Source: Schmidtea nova
Taxonomy: Eukaryota
Direction: 5' to 3'
Assembly (NCBI GenBank): GCA_044892505.1
Contig: CM097883.1
Location: forward strand, 170,252,001-170,316,000
Length of the DNA stretch: 64,000 bases
In this document: positions 22,424 to 36,905 of the stretch, in pieces
Position numbering within the stretch: position 1 is the stretch's first letter
Layout: every line of letters starts with the position of its first letter
Program-made: the position numbers and the translations under genes
Notes under the pieces: generated by a model
The model's database searches: none
What the model saw: the letters and a program-made list of their open reading frames with translations, nothing else
Told to the model about the DNA's origin: nothing

Positions 22424-22765
22424 TATTAATAATAATAATAGTTTAATATTTATCGTATTTTACCATGTGATATATTCTTATAATATTTTGAGTAGTACTT
22501 TCATTGAACGTTTATCATTGAATTGTTTCAAAATTTATAATAACAATAATAAATTATACTAGCAAAAGTAAATTAATAATATTTAAAAAATAAATAACTA
22601 ACTAAAAAAAAAATAATTAATTAAATAAAAAAATAAAAATAATTTAATAATAAAATAAAAATAATAATAAAAAATTCCAAACATTTAAACAAAACACACT
22701 TTAAAAATGGCGCCAACAAACGCGCGATAACTCATACGGATCCAGACCGGACACGTCCACCTACT
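22424..22765 (-). repeat. Right terminal inverted repeat segment of the Polinton-like element
   Basis: Reverse complement of 6846-7187. Confidence 0.9.
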
Positions 22766-23110
22766 GTGGTCGAAAAGAATAAAAGTGAAAATATTAAATT
22801 TCGGAGTTCTGAATAGATAATGAAGGAAGTGAGAAAAGATTTGAATAAAACTTATTCAAATAAAACGTACCAGAAAAGGCTATTAGCCCTTGGGTTATAT
22901 GCCTTAACGTAAATCAAATCAAATAACGAGAGAAAGTGAAAATTGTAAATTGTATTGATTAAACATGGTTATCTCAAAGACAAATTGTGTTGTGGTGATA
23001 ATCAAATAAAATATTCTGTGTAGGGTTTTATTGATTTTCGATTTATAAAAGGACACGAGGAGTTAGATATTTGAACCGATCTTAAAACAAATTAAAACAA
23101 CTAAACATTT

Positions 23111-23125
23111 TGGTGAGTCCAACGT
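23111..23125 (+). other. Putative primer-binding site resembling the tRNA-Trp complement
   Basis: TGGTGAGTCCAACGT versus recalled TGGTGACCCCGACGT (12/15), three bases after a terminal CA. Confidence 0.5.
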
Positions 23126-26052
23126 AAGTAAAGGATAAAAAGAGAGAGAATTGGCTCGAGAAAATTAAATTTGATAAATTCGATATTAACCGACGTGATA
23201 GAAAGGTCGGTGAGAGAGTTGTTAAAATATTGAATATTTTGATAAACCGACGTTCTCAAAGGTCGGCGAAAGAATTGTTGAAAAGAAAAAATTGAAAATT
23301 TGGAAAAAGAGAAAATATAAATTGAAAAGGAAAGGAAACGAGATTAATTGTTTTAATTAGAATTAAAGAAAAGTGAAAATCAATTGTAACCATTGAAATA
23401 AAAGAGTAAAAATGTTGAAAAGAAAAGAGGGAATTGATAAAATCCCATTGCCAATAATCAAATCAAAATTAAAACAAAAGGTAAAATTAAAAATTGTAAT
23501 ATTTTAAAATTTTGACCAGAAAATGTTGTATAAAATAAATCTTACAATCTACTAAATAAGAAACAAGTGGAAAATATGGCGAGTAATTCAAATAACAATG
23601 ATCAAATACTTATGTCTACTATTCGGCAAATAGTGGTAATGATTTCACAAGCTCTCAAAGACTACCAGTCGATCAGTATGAAGGAGACCCAGTTGAATTT
23701 GTAGATTTCATGGATGATTATTATATGTACGCCACAGCGTATGGATGAAGCCAACCAATTATGGTACAACGACTACCATTATATTTGAAAGGAGAAGGAA
23801 GGGAAGCTTGGTAACCGATCTATAAAAGACTTATCGCAAATGATTGGACAAATCTAAAAGATGCATTCACATTTAAATTAATCATTGACGATATCAAAAG
23901 AATAATGTGCCAAAGATTTTACAGCAGAGTGCAAAAGCCTAATGAATCAGTAAGTGAGTATGCAAATCATTTAATAACTTGCTGAGGTGGCGAAGTAAGT
24001 GAAAGAATTATTACAAGATCAATTTCTGACAGGAGGCAAAAAGAGATTAAAAAAGTCTTGTGTTACGTTGATTTCAACCATTACAATGAGTTGATCAAAA
24101 AGTCCATGAAAATTGAATTGAATCTTAAAACTGCCTAATTGAGAGTAGAATCCTTTGCAATTGTCAATGAAACGGAAAATAGATCAGTAACTTCAGTTAG
24201 AGAAAATCTTTTGCAAAAATCAACTAGTCCATCACTGAAGTTCTGAGTAAAATTTGAATCTAGAAAATCGATAAGTAGTCCCAATGATGAATGAGAAAAG
24301 CCTATTCAATGCAAACATTGTAAAAGAATAGGATATCAAGTAAATCAATGTTGGTTTAAAAACAACGCTAGAAAGAGCTAAGTCCGGTTCAGTATGGTCA
24401 TTGTCAAAGAAAGGGGCACAGCCATAATCAATGTTGGTTTAAAAGCAATGAGCAACGAAGCCCAAAGAGTATTTGGCCAGAATGGTTAAAAAGCAATGGT
24501 GGGAAAAGCTTTAGCAAACAGAATACCAAAGTTCAGCAAACTAATGATAGCATGCGGTGCAATAATTGGGAAAAGGAAAGGTTGTATTTCTCGAAATTGT
24601 TTCGCAAGATTGAGATCTCCGTCAACGTCACCATCACCGCAGGGAGACAGAGTAAATCTCCAAGTGCAAATTCAATGTCACTCATGCAGAGGTTATGGAC
24701 ATTATTAAATGTGGTCAAACGGAATACGCAACAAATTATAAAGAAGTTTATGTATCCAAAATGGTTTTGCACTGAGCCAAAACTATAATACATCTAACAA
24801 ATATTAAATTAACTCATTATTTTAAAAATAAAATTGATTATTTGTTTCATTTTAGCCAGAACATCATGGAAAATATATATTGGGAAATGATTCTCGATGA
24901 TTGTAAATAAAATAAAGAAATACTTCGAAATCGGATTGTGATGGCTATTACAAATCAAAATTTAGTGGCACCTATGTTGATATTTGCTAGAGTCTTCGGA
25001 GATTTAAAAAGATAACAGTAAAGATTATGAAACATGAAGAGTGCAAAAATGAATTACCAATGAGCATGAATGGAAAAATACGATTAAAACTCTAGAAAAA
25101 TTAGAATTGATCACTCTAGAATACTTGGTAAATTTTATGTCATTAAATAAAATGGCACAAATGAGTATTTATGCAAGTGATGATATTGAAGAAACCCAAA
25201 GAAATTTATTATTCCCGTCAAAGAATATTACCAAAATATTACCAAATGGAGAGAATAAAGTAAATTATGAATATCTATTAACACCCGATTATTTCAAAAA
25301 AGAAACATAAAACGATAGAAACGATTTGGGACAAATTTATGCTTTTAGGACAAGCATGTGTTGGTTTAATTGGAATTTATGTCAGTAGCAGTAACGTTAA
25401 AGGTAGTAATTTCTCAAGTATTATCTGATCATAAGAAATTGATTATTAGTTGTATTCCATTTTTGGCAAAATCTTTCTCAAAAGAGTTAAGAATTCCTAT
25501 GTGACATTAGTTACAGAAATAATTTTAATAATGAAAGTAATGATATTAATAAAAATGAACCAAAACATTTTTAAAAAAGAATAATAGGAAGCAAGGTGGA
25601 TCAACGTTTGTACTAGAACCTATGCCATCACTTAGTCTGATTAATACTCTTACAAAGTAGTATACATCAACATTTGTACTAACAGCACTCATGTATCCAA
25701 GTGAAAGATTAAAGGAGATGAAACCAGTAGATCATATCAAATTTGAATTAGAAAGATTTAACAAAACGAGTGCGGAAATTGAGCGAAAAAAACCTGCTTG
25801 GATTACCATGTAGTTATGGGTTGATGACTATGGGGGAAATCCCAAGCAACCTCGGGTAAATATACAGTTTAATGAAAGAAAAGTCGAATTCCTGTTGGAT
25901 TCAGGTTCAAGTCACACAATAGTATAGGATAAAATTTTAACACGTAAAGAAAGAGTAAGTATGAAACCAAAGGTAAAAATATTTAATCAATGCCGCAGAA
26001 CTGTTTAGATGTAATCCGGAAATTATAAGCTAAATTAATTATAGGTGATAAA

Positions 26053-26505
26053 CATGGGCGCCCATAGGAAATTTTCTGGGCGGGGGCAAAATATTTTTAG
26101 TAATGTTTTAATGTAGTTTTAATTTACCGTAGCATATTTGTATGGTGAACGAACGGACAGGACACTGTAGTAATGAAGGGCATACTGTAGTAACAAATTT
26201 TTTATTAACACAATATATGTATATAACAAAAAATATTACAACATAAATTTAAAATAAAATTTATTCTTTAAACAAGAACTGGAGTTGCCTGTTATCGCTA
26301 CAAAAATATCTTCAATTTTTTCCATAAAGTCTTTTTTGTTGCAGTTCACTTTGTCTCTGTGTACGCTTAACATGCTCAATCCTGATAGACGTTCATCCGA
26401 CATTGTAGATCTAAGCCATGTTTTTACACGACGTAATGTGGTGAACGATCGCTCCACCAGTTTTTTGGGATACCATGGAACACGACGTTACTCAATGGTG
26501 TCATA
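26053..26505 (-). mobile_element. hAT transposon 3'-end fragment nested in Gypsy pol
   Basis: ERSFTTLRRVKTWLRSTMSDERLSGLSMLSVH is a hAT C-terminal dimerisation motif; GC-rich terminus CATGGGCGCCCATAGG. Confidence 0.75.
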
Positions 26506-26519
26506 CTTGTGAAGTGTGT

Positions 26520-27200
26520 CTAACCATGTGAAATACAGGTAGAAAATAAAGGTTCCTTTAGAACCTATGCCTGTGCCACAAGCACCAATGGAAATGATGC
26601 AATAGATATTGTTGACCCACTACCAGAAACAACTAATGGCAATAAATATATCATTGTTTTTTGTGATTACTTACAAAATGGCCGGAAGCATATGCACTGC
26701 AGAATCAAAATGCGTAAACTGTGGCGAAATTATTTGTAGAAAACATCATATTTCGGTAAGGAGCACCGAGAAAATTGCTCACAGATCAAGGAACAAACTT
26801 TCAAAGCGAATTATTTAAATCTATCACTGAATTATTTGGAATTCTAACACTTAATACATTACCACATCACCCACAAACAGACGGTTTAGTCGAAAGATTT
26901 AATGGAACATTGATCAACACGATATCGTCTTATGTAAACAAGAAACAAAAAGATTGGGATTTGTTCATTAAGCCATGGTTGTTTGCATATCAAAATGCAG
27001 TGAATGAAAGCACCGGTGATACACCATTTTATCTTATGTACTTACGACGAAACAATATGCCGATTGACATAAAGTTTCAACCACCAATCTCATAATATAT
27101 GGACATATCCGATTATAAAGTAATAATGCAGGAAAGACTGCAATCAGTATGGGTCCAAGCGGGATTGAAGATAAGGCATAATCAAGAAGCATATAAAAAA
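26520..27200 (+). pseudogene. Gypsy integrase (rve core), frameshifted
   Basis: MDIVDPLPETTNGNKYIIVFCDYLTKW in one frame and DQGTNF...ERFNGTL in another. Confidence 0.85.
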
Positions 27201-27355
27201 TGCTACGACAAACGTGCACATGCACATGATATTAAAGTTGAATAATTGGTGTACATAAATAAACCAAAGCCAACGAAAGGGCTGTCTACAAAACTACATC
27301 GACCATTTAACGGACCATATTTAGTTTGTGATGCAACAGAAATGAATTTGAAATT

Positions 27356-28366
27356 GTGCCCGCAAATAATAAAAAGGCGGGAATGATTGTCATTCATGTG
27401 AACCGATGTAAGAAAGTTCCGCTGGAAGAACGGTATCCCTTGAGGTCAAAACCAAATAATGGTGAAAAAGAAAAAGTAATTAAACAAAAATTTACAAAAA
27501 ACCCCACTCAATTAAATTACTTGATTAAAACGTTGTTGATTAGAGCAGTGATGATGATCAATGTTTTGTGTACAAAAGCAGTACGAACGTTCCCAGCACA
27601 TACAATGAAGAAAGTCCCATTATTAGAAAAAATCGATGTGTATTCAACATGTACCCAATTAGTCTGGGTCTATTATTGTGAGGTAATGGAAGAAATAGAA
27701 ATAAATAATCTGCTGAACTATTTCAAACCCCCAGTAAAATTAAACTATAACAAGAATATACATGTTGCCCCTGAATTATCAATGAATTATAAATACACTT
27801 GGTTAATAACACAATTAAATTTTGAAGATAATCTTACGAAAAACCATGATCTAATACGTATTAATGTATGGACAAAAAGGCTACAGAACCGTGTATCAAT
27901 AGAACCAGTAATAAATGGAATTAATGTATATTGGAATTCTCATGAATCCCAGCAAGTAAAAACAGTCTTTCAAAATTATCCTATCGATACACTGAACAAC
28001 AGAAAACCATTTATAAATTATGTTAATTTAAAATTATTTCAGACGTATAACATTCAAATACAATATTTTGAAAAGTCGTTGTATGAAAACGGAACTGAGC
28101 GTAACAATCAGTGGGTTCTAATCCATTTCAGTCAACATATGATACATTTGATCAATGAGACAAACAGAGTTATCTTTTATGTGTATGATCAGATGATAAA
28201 TGTAACCTGTCAAACGTACTCCAATCAAAAAGCTGTTTTATACTATTGTGGGAAAAAACAAGCAACATTAGATAACCAAAACCATTCTCAAGTCTTATCT
28301 TTTCGAAAACTGCGATCGAAATCGAATTCTAAAAATCAAATATTATCGGCGAGCCAGACACTCTAA
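27356..28366 (+). CDS. Integrase tail fused to an env-like or unknown ORF, 336 aa
   Basis: Starts with an integrase-tail-like VIHVNRCKKVP, then a hydrophobic signal-like stretch and Cys-containing sequence. The env call rests on position only. Confidence 0.35.
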   Translation: MPANNKKAGMIVIHVNRCKKVPLEERYPLRSKPNNGEKEKVIKQKFTKNPTQLNYLIKTLLIRAVMMINVLCTKAVRTFPAHTMKKVPLLEKIDVYSTCTQLVWVYYCEVMEEIEINNLLNYFKPPVKLNYNKNIHVAPELSMNYKYTWLITQLNFEDNLTKNHDLIRINVWTKRLQNRVSIEPVINGINVYWNSHESQQVKTVFQNYPIDTLNNRKPFINYVNLKLFQTYNIQIQYFEKSLYENGTERNNQWVLIHFSQHMIHLINETNRVIFYVYDQMINVTCQTYSNQKAVLYYCGKKQATLDNQNHSQVLSFRKLRSKSNSKNQILSASQTL

Positions 28367-28941
28367 TCTTTGGCAATTAATCTTAGTTGAGAACAAATTT
28401 GTTCAATTCTCATATACTGATATGGACGATTATCCACAAATAGAATCAATCAACTCAAATTACAAACGCTCATATCAAGGCGTCTATTCCGAGTAATAAA
28501 ACTATATTATCCTCATATTCGTAAAACGAAATTTTATGTGTAACTTTTATTTATTTCTTTTTTATCAATGTTTCATGTGAATCTGCACTCTTCGACATGG
28601 GAAAATTGGGGAATTGATTTGATTGGTTAATATTAAGAGAGTGAGGGGTAGAAAAATGGATCTAAAAATTAAAAAAGGGGTATATAAGACAAACTTAAAA
28701 ATCATAAAACGTAAAACAAATTTGAAAATAAACAAATTTTAAAGAACTAAGAAAATTATAAATTAACCCGGTAATTTATATTTTTTTATTTATACTGCTA
28801 CCGACTGAGACAGTATCCTTTGGATGCTCCATCTTAGTCCTAGCGTCAAAATTAAATTAAAGCAAATTTAAATTATAAACTTTTTAGTAAAAAACGGAAC
28901 TGATACAATGGGCAAAGGAAACTTACAATAGTTACACGAAG

Positions 28942-30134
28942 ATGATGAGAAATCATACCGGCCAAAGGAAATTCCAGATGATCAACAATTTACAGATTCC
29001 AAATTACCTAAGGTTGGACGTCAGAAAAATTAAAGTTCAATTATTCACCATCAACAGAAGATCAAGATTCCAAATAACACAAGAATTAAAAAAATCAAAT
29101 AAAGAAGAATACCATATCCACGTAATCAAAGGGACGATGGAAATTCTAGACGAAAATGATCAAATATGGTGGGAAATCAAAAACCTTTCTTCATGGAAAT
29201 TCAAGGAGCCAGAAATCGGAAAAATGTTGCGAGCAGAAAACGAAGATGCCACAATTGTAGTTGAAACAAGGATAAAAAACGAAATTGATGGGGCACCCAA
29301 CAAGGAGCCAATGCAGAAAGAAAATCCTGAACTCCTACAAATAACAAAAGAAATGTTGAAGAGAAAATTATCGTTATGAATTATCATGGGAAAATGTCTT
29401 CTTGACTCCCAGAGGAAGACTCAAAATTTCAACTCAAACATCCATGGGATAACGGAGGGGCGAGCCGAAACCAAAATAACCAGTATATAGAAATGAAGGA
29501 GATTCAAAAATTGGCAATCGTGAAAATACTAGTTGGACATGACCTACATGCAGAGTTGAAATTCTTAGGAATATTGGTTAATCATCATTATGGCATTCGG
29601 GATCTGGCTACAGCCCAAGCTCTGCAACTGAGAAGAGTGACAAGAAGAGGGGAATGGTTTTAACTCAAAACCGTAATGAAGGAACTATATGGAGAAGAGA
29701 TGCAAATTAATATACACTCAGCTTTGGAGAACGTAAAGATTATTCGGAAGATATATCTGGGACTCGAAAATATTTGGATCGACGATATATCAATACCTAA
29801 GATAGGGCCATCGAGAAAATATTCGTTACAAGAATATCAAACTATGCAACATATGGAATCGATATCCAAAACTCCCAGCTCAGAAAGAACGATAATAATC
29901 GTAGATGAGACAAACATGGAAGTGGATGAAATCGATACAAGGACAGAAATGAGGAATCAAAAGTTGAAATGGGCAACTGAAATGTATTTGGAGAAGATTG
30001 AAGAGAATTTTGAATTGATTGAATCCACAAAATCACGAGAATTCAATTATCGATGGAATATGGCCCAATGGAACGGAAGGAGGATCGCAAAAAGAAAACT
30101 GCAACATCAAATGTTGACGTTGGGGAAACACTGA
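28942..30134 (+). pseudogene. Disrupted ORF containing a REX4/ISG20-like DEDDh 3'-5' exonuclease domain (~29250-29760)
   Basis: Across frameshifts and stops: IVMNYHG-KCLLD, FNSNIHGITE, KILVGHDLHAELKFLGI, IRDLA, LKTVMKELYGEEMQINIHSALEN. Confidence 0.65.
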
Positions 30135-30364
30135 CCATAAACGGGGTTGTGTATGAAAAAGAAGAAACAATTATCAGATATCGACATGGAGCAAAGCGGC
30201 TGGAGATCAAAATGGACTAAAATTATATTAATTATATATATGATTATTTATAAATAAATTTTGCAATTCTGTCTCAGTTCATTAAAATGGCGCCCACCGG
30301 TCAAACCCCGTAACAAAATAAATAAATAATTGAATAAATAAAATTTTAAATTAAAAAAAATCTA

Positions 30365-30610
30365 AATAAAAACCAAAAACCTCAAATCACTGGGATAACA
30401 CTCTCCTGGACAGCGATTATAAGTTGCCAGTTATTATTATTATATGATTACTGTATGATCACTATAAGTATTATATCAAAAATAAATTTTTGATCATTAT
30501 AAATATTATATGAAATGATTAAAATTTAGAACTAAATAAAAACCAACAACTCCCAATCACTGGGGTTACACCTCCCTGAACAGCGATTAAAAGTTGCCGG
30601 TTATTATTAT
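30365..30610 (+). repeat. Diverged ~170-bp-period direct repeat
   Basis: AATCACTGGG...CAGCGATT...AAGTTGCC at ~30365-30440 and ~30534-30610. Confidence 0.65.
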
Positions 30611-31232
30611 GAGTAGGTAAAAGTATGGTTAATATAAATAGTATAACAATCATATTATTATCATTGTTATTATTTCGGTGGAATAATCATATTATCGTTA
30701 ATATCAATTTTTGTAAATAGTAGACAAAGTCTACATTGGCAAAATTAAAATAAAACAACAAAATAAAAGAATAGAATAAATCATTAAAATAATAAAAGAC
30801 GTTGCAAGAATCGAATAAAATAATTAAATAAATCAAATCGAATAAAATAATTAAATAAATCAAATAATTAAATAAATGAAACACATTTATTATTATTATC
30901 GAATAATAGAATAATTAAAGACAATCTTCATTTTACTTTCAACTTATGTATTATCAAAACTATGATTAGGAGGTTCACCATTTCCATTATTATTATCGGA
31001 TATAATTTCGATCGGATGTATCAATAATTATTCACCATTTCAATTGTTATCATTGCTATTGGACTAGATCATTATTATAACTATATTGGTGTCACTATAA
31101 TNNNNNNNNNNNNNNNNNNNNNNNNNNNNNNNNNNNNNNNNNNNNNNNNNNNNNNNNNNNNNNNNNNNNNNNNNNNNNNNNNNNNNNNNNNNNNNNNNNN
31201 NNNNNNNNNNNNNNNNNNNNNNNNNNNNNNNN

Positions 31233-32052
31233 GATAAAACGTAACGCCCTTTCAATGATTTTATTATCTAGCATAGCCTTTTCATTGGCCAATGTTTTGA
31301 ACATTACAATGGTAGATTGAGGATCAATCATAAAGTTATTGTAAATTGCCAGACCAAACAATCTACCGATCACAGTAAACTGGGTTAAATCGTCATCAAA
31401 TATCATTTTGTTAAACCAGCAGAGTCTTGATTCAGGATACATTTCAAAGAGACCATAATCAAAGAGACCATAACGCTGCGACTGGCTAATGGTATCATCT
31501 AGCAAATTATCTCTTCGTACAGTAGTATGAGAACTGCTTTGTGCTACGAAGCATGGTAAATCTTCTGACATTAAGCATTGAGCATCAATTTTGAACATTA
31601 CAAGAGGAGAATTCCATTTTTCGAAACCATAATTACAAAAATTCCAAATTGATTCCAACATAATCGAAACTCCACATTAATCAAAATTCTAAATAGCCAA
31701 CTTCCTAAATCCAAACCGAAACTAAAATTTCACTAATTCCACATCAAAAATCCAAAACTGAATTGATTGGTTTAAACAAATCTAAAATTCAACAATTACT
31801 CCAAATTCACTATTCTAAAAAATCAATTAAATCAAATTAACAAATTATTCTACATAAATCCAAAATTACCAATTAAACCTCATGCGCACACAGACGCTGT
31901 CAGAAAAATACAAATGATCTAAACTAAGCGCACACAGACGCGAATAAGGAAAAGCACAGCTCTGCGCACACAGACGCGAGCAGGAAATAAAAAGCCGACA
32001 CACGCAGCAACCAAACAGCCAAAGTTTGTTCAGGCAAACTTTGGCTGAAACA
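31233..32052 (-). repeat. 3' LTR (end hidden in the N gap)
   Basis: Copy of 35696-36515 with two visible substitutions; preceded by the PPT. Confidence 0.9.
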
Positions 32053-32064
32053 TTTCCCCCCACC
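32053..32064 (-). other. Polypurine tract GGTGGGGGGAAA
   Basis: Immediately precedes the TG start of the 3' LTR. Confidence 0.8.
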
Positions 32065-32095
32065 TTGATCCCTTCTAGCGGATCAACCGACCTGT

Positions 32096-33211
32096 TCATC
32101 TCTGGGGGCCAACCTTCAACTTCCTAACTTTATTCTTCCACTTCGGCTTATATTTGTTTTTGTCTTTGAACATTTCTTCGATCATTAATTCTCTTGTACT
32201 ATCCTGGATACACCCCCTCCAACATATGGACATTTTTATTTCCAAATTTACCTTTACCAATTTATCGCTAATGCTGTTTATATTTTCCATTTCCACTGCT
32301 AATGTTTCTACACTTTCCGCACAATTGTTTATCTTTTCTTCTAACCTTTTAATTTCACTTTTATATTCCAATTCGCCCGTTTTTATTTTACTTTCAAGAT
32401 TTTCTATCTTTGAATGAAGTCGTGTTACTAAATCCGACTTATCAACAAGAACTTCATTATCAACATTTGAACCATGATCAACTTTGTCAAATGATTCCAT
32501 TTCATTGCCACTAATTGCAACTTTACCTTCTATCGGAAGATAAGCTGACTGCTCACTACCTGTTTTCTCTGCAATTATAACTGGGCAATTTATAAGTTCA
32601 ATCGTTTCTACTTTTTCCCATTTTATACTGACATTTTTTATAACTTTTCCATTATCTTCTAGATTTGTTTCACTTTTAATAACTTTTCCTTCGTCACTTT
32701 TATCAACATTGGAATTTTTGACTATTCCTTGCCTAATATCTCCACCATTAAAAGAGTTCTCTCCAATAAGTTCCCCAAAATTACAATTTTCTTCAATACC
32801 GTTAATATTTTCCACAACTTTCTCATCGACCATGCAGTTTTCTTTAATATCGTTAATATTTTCTACAATTTTCTCATCGACAATGCAGTTTTCTTCAAAA
32901 TTATATTCACTTACTGCTTGCCCATTTTTCACTGATATTGTAGATTCAATTTCCGTCATTACTCCTTGCACTAAATCGTTTGAAGAAGTATTTATTCCAT
33001 CCTCGCCTACAATATCAACCGATTCAGAGTTATCAACCATTTCACCAGACACCCCGCTATTCACTGCGCTATTCTTACCTCGACCTGAATTCAATTCACC
33101 ATCACCAGTTCGAACCTCACCAAGAACTACTTCCTGAGCTTTAGGTGCAAAACTTTCGATACATTTCTTTTCACACTGTTCTTCTCGATAAGTCACCATT
33201 GACCTGTTCAC
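32096..33211 (-). CDS. Acidic, low-complexity, coiled-coil ORF2 of the BEL element, 371 aa, unknown function
   Basis: Imperfect ~17-aa repeats (EENCIVDEKIVENINDI), heptad region, basic tail. Bounded by a 10-bp direct repeat GACCTGTTCA (32089-32098 and 33201-33210). Confidence 0.5.
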   Translation of the reverse strand: MNRSMVTYREEQCEKKCIESFAPKAQEVVLGEVRTGDGELNSGRGKNSAVNSGVSGEMVDNSESVDIVGEDGINTSSNDLVQGVMTEIESTISVKNGQAVSEYNFEENCIVDEKIVENINDIKENCMVDEKVVENINGIEENCNFGELIGENSFNGGDIRQGIVKNSNVDKSDEGKVIKSETNLEDNGKVIKNVSIKWEKVETIELINCPVIIAEKTGSEQSAYLPIEGKVAISGNEMESFDKVDHGSNVDNEVLVDKSDLVTRLHSKIENLESKIKTGELEYKSEIKRLEEKINNCAESVETLAVEMENINSISDKLVKVNLEIKMSICWRGCIQDSTRELMIEEMFKDKNKYKPKWKNKVRKLKVGPQR

Positions 33212-33241
33212 ATTTGGTTTCCCACCTCTTAGTGCCGTTAC

Positions 33242-36515
<3,274 letters not shown>

Positions 36516-36564
36516 CTGATAAAAAAATAAGTGATAAAAAATATATAGAAAGAGTGTAGTGTTT

Positions 36565-36905
36565 GGTACAACTGGCGTTGCTCCTCTGAATGTTTTTAAA
36601 AAATCTGCAATTCCTCGACTACAATACGGACCATTGTTATGTTTACTGATATACATTACACCGTGGTTCCAACAGACAGAAGGATCTTACACATATTCAT
36701 ATTACGCAATGCTGACTGTTTTCTATAGTTCACATCAGGTTCATATCTCATTGGCATGAGCTATATCAATCAGTTATTTATGACATTTAGATATTTGTTT
36801 ATACTATGTTAGCTTCGTTAATGGCAGTCTATGCTCGCATTAGCGATCCCAGTAACGGGGGAATATATGACTCTTCTAAACACTGTTACAAATCTCGGTA
36901 ACATT
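36565..36905 (+). pseudogene. SLC33A1: Acetyl-CoA transporter 1-like gene fragment with one intron and a frameshift
   Basis: TTGVAPLNVF...YITPW...SSHQ, GT-AG intron 36739-36790, then VYTMLASLMAVYARISDPSNGG and, after a frameshift, YMTLLNTVTNLG. Confidence 0.7.

Larger units (their letters stand above)
6846..22765. mobile_element. Polinton/Maverick-derived palindromic element encoding only pPolB, 15,920 bp
   Basis: Ends AGTAGGTAGACGTG...CACGTCCACCTACT. Identical 6-bp flanks GTGGTC at 6840-6845 and 22766-22771. Inverted terminal identity ~342 bp. Contains two pPolB copies. Confidence 0.9.
22772..28400 (+). mobile_element. Degraded Ty3/Gypsy LTR retrotransposon (gag, protease, integrase, env-like ORF; RT and RNase H not found)
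   Basis: CA-TTT-TGGTGAGTCCAACGT PBS-like site at 23106-23125. Decayed gag with several CCHC-type knuckles (~24310-24700). VEFLLDSGSSHT at ~25880-25920. Integrase TDQGTNF...HPQTDGLVERFN at 26775-27095. Confidence 0.8.

Noticed and set aside
28804-30278. 10-bp inverted repeat ACTGAGACAG / CTGTCTCAGT as TIRs around the exonuclease ORF
   Set aside because: It does not extend and no TSD is visible; could be chance.
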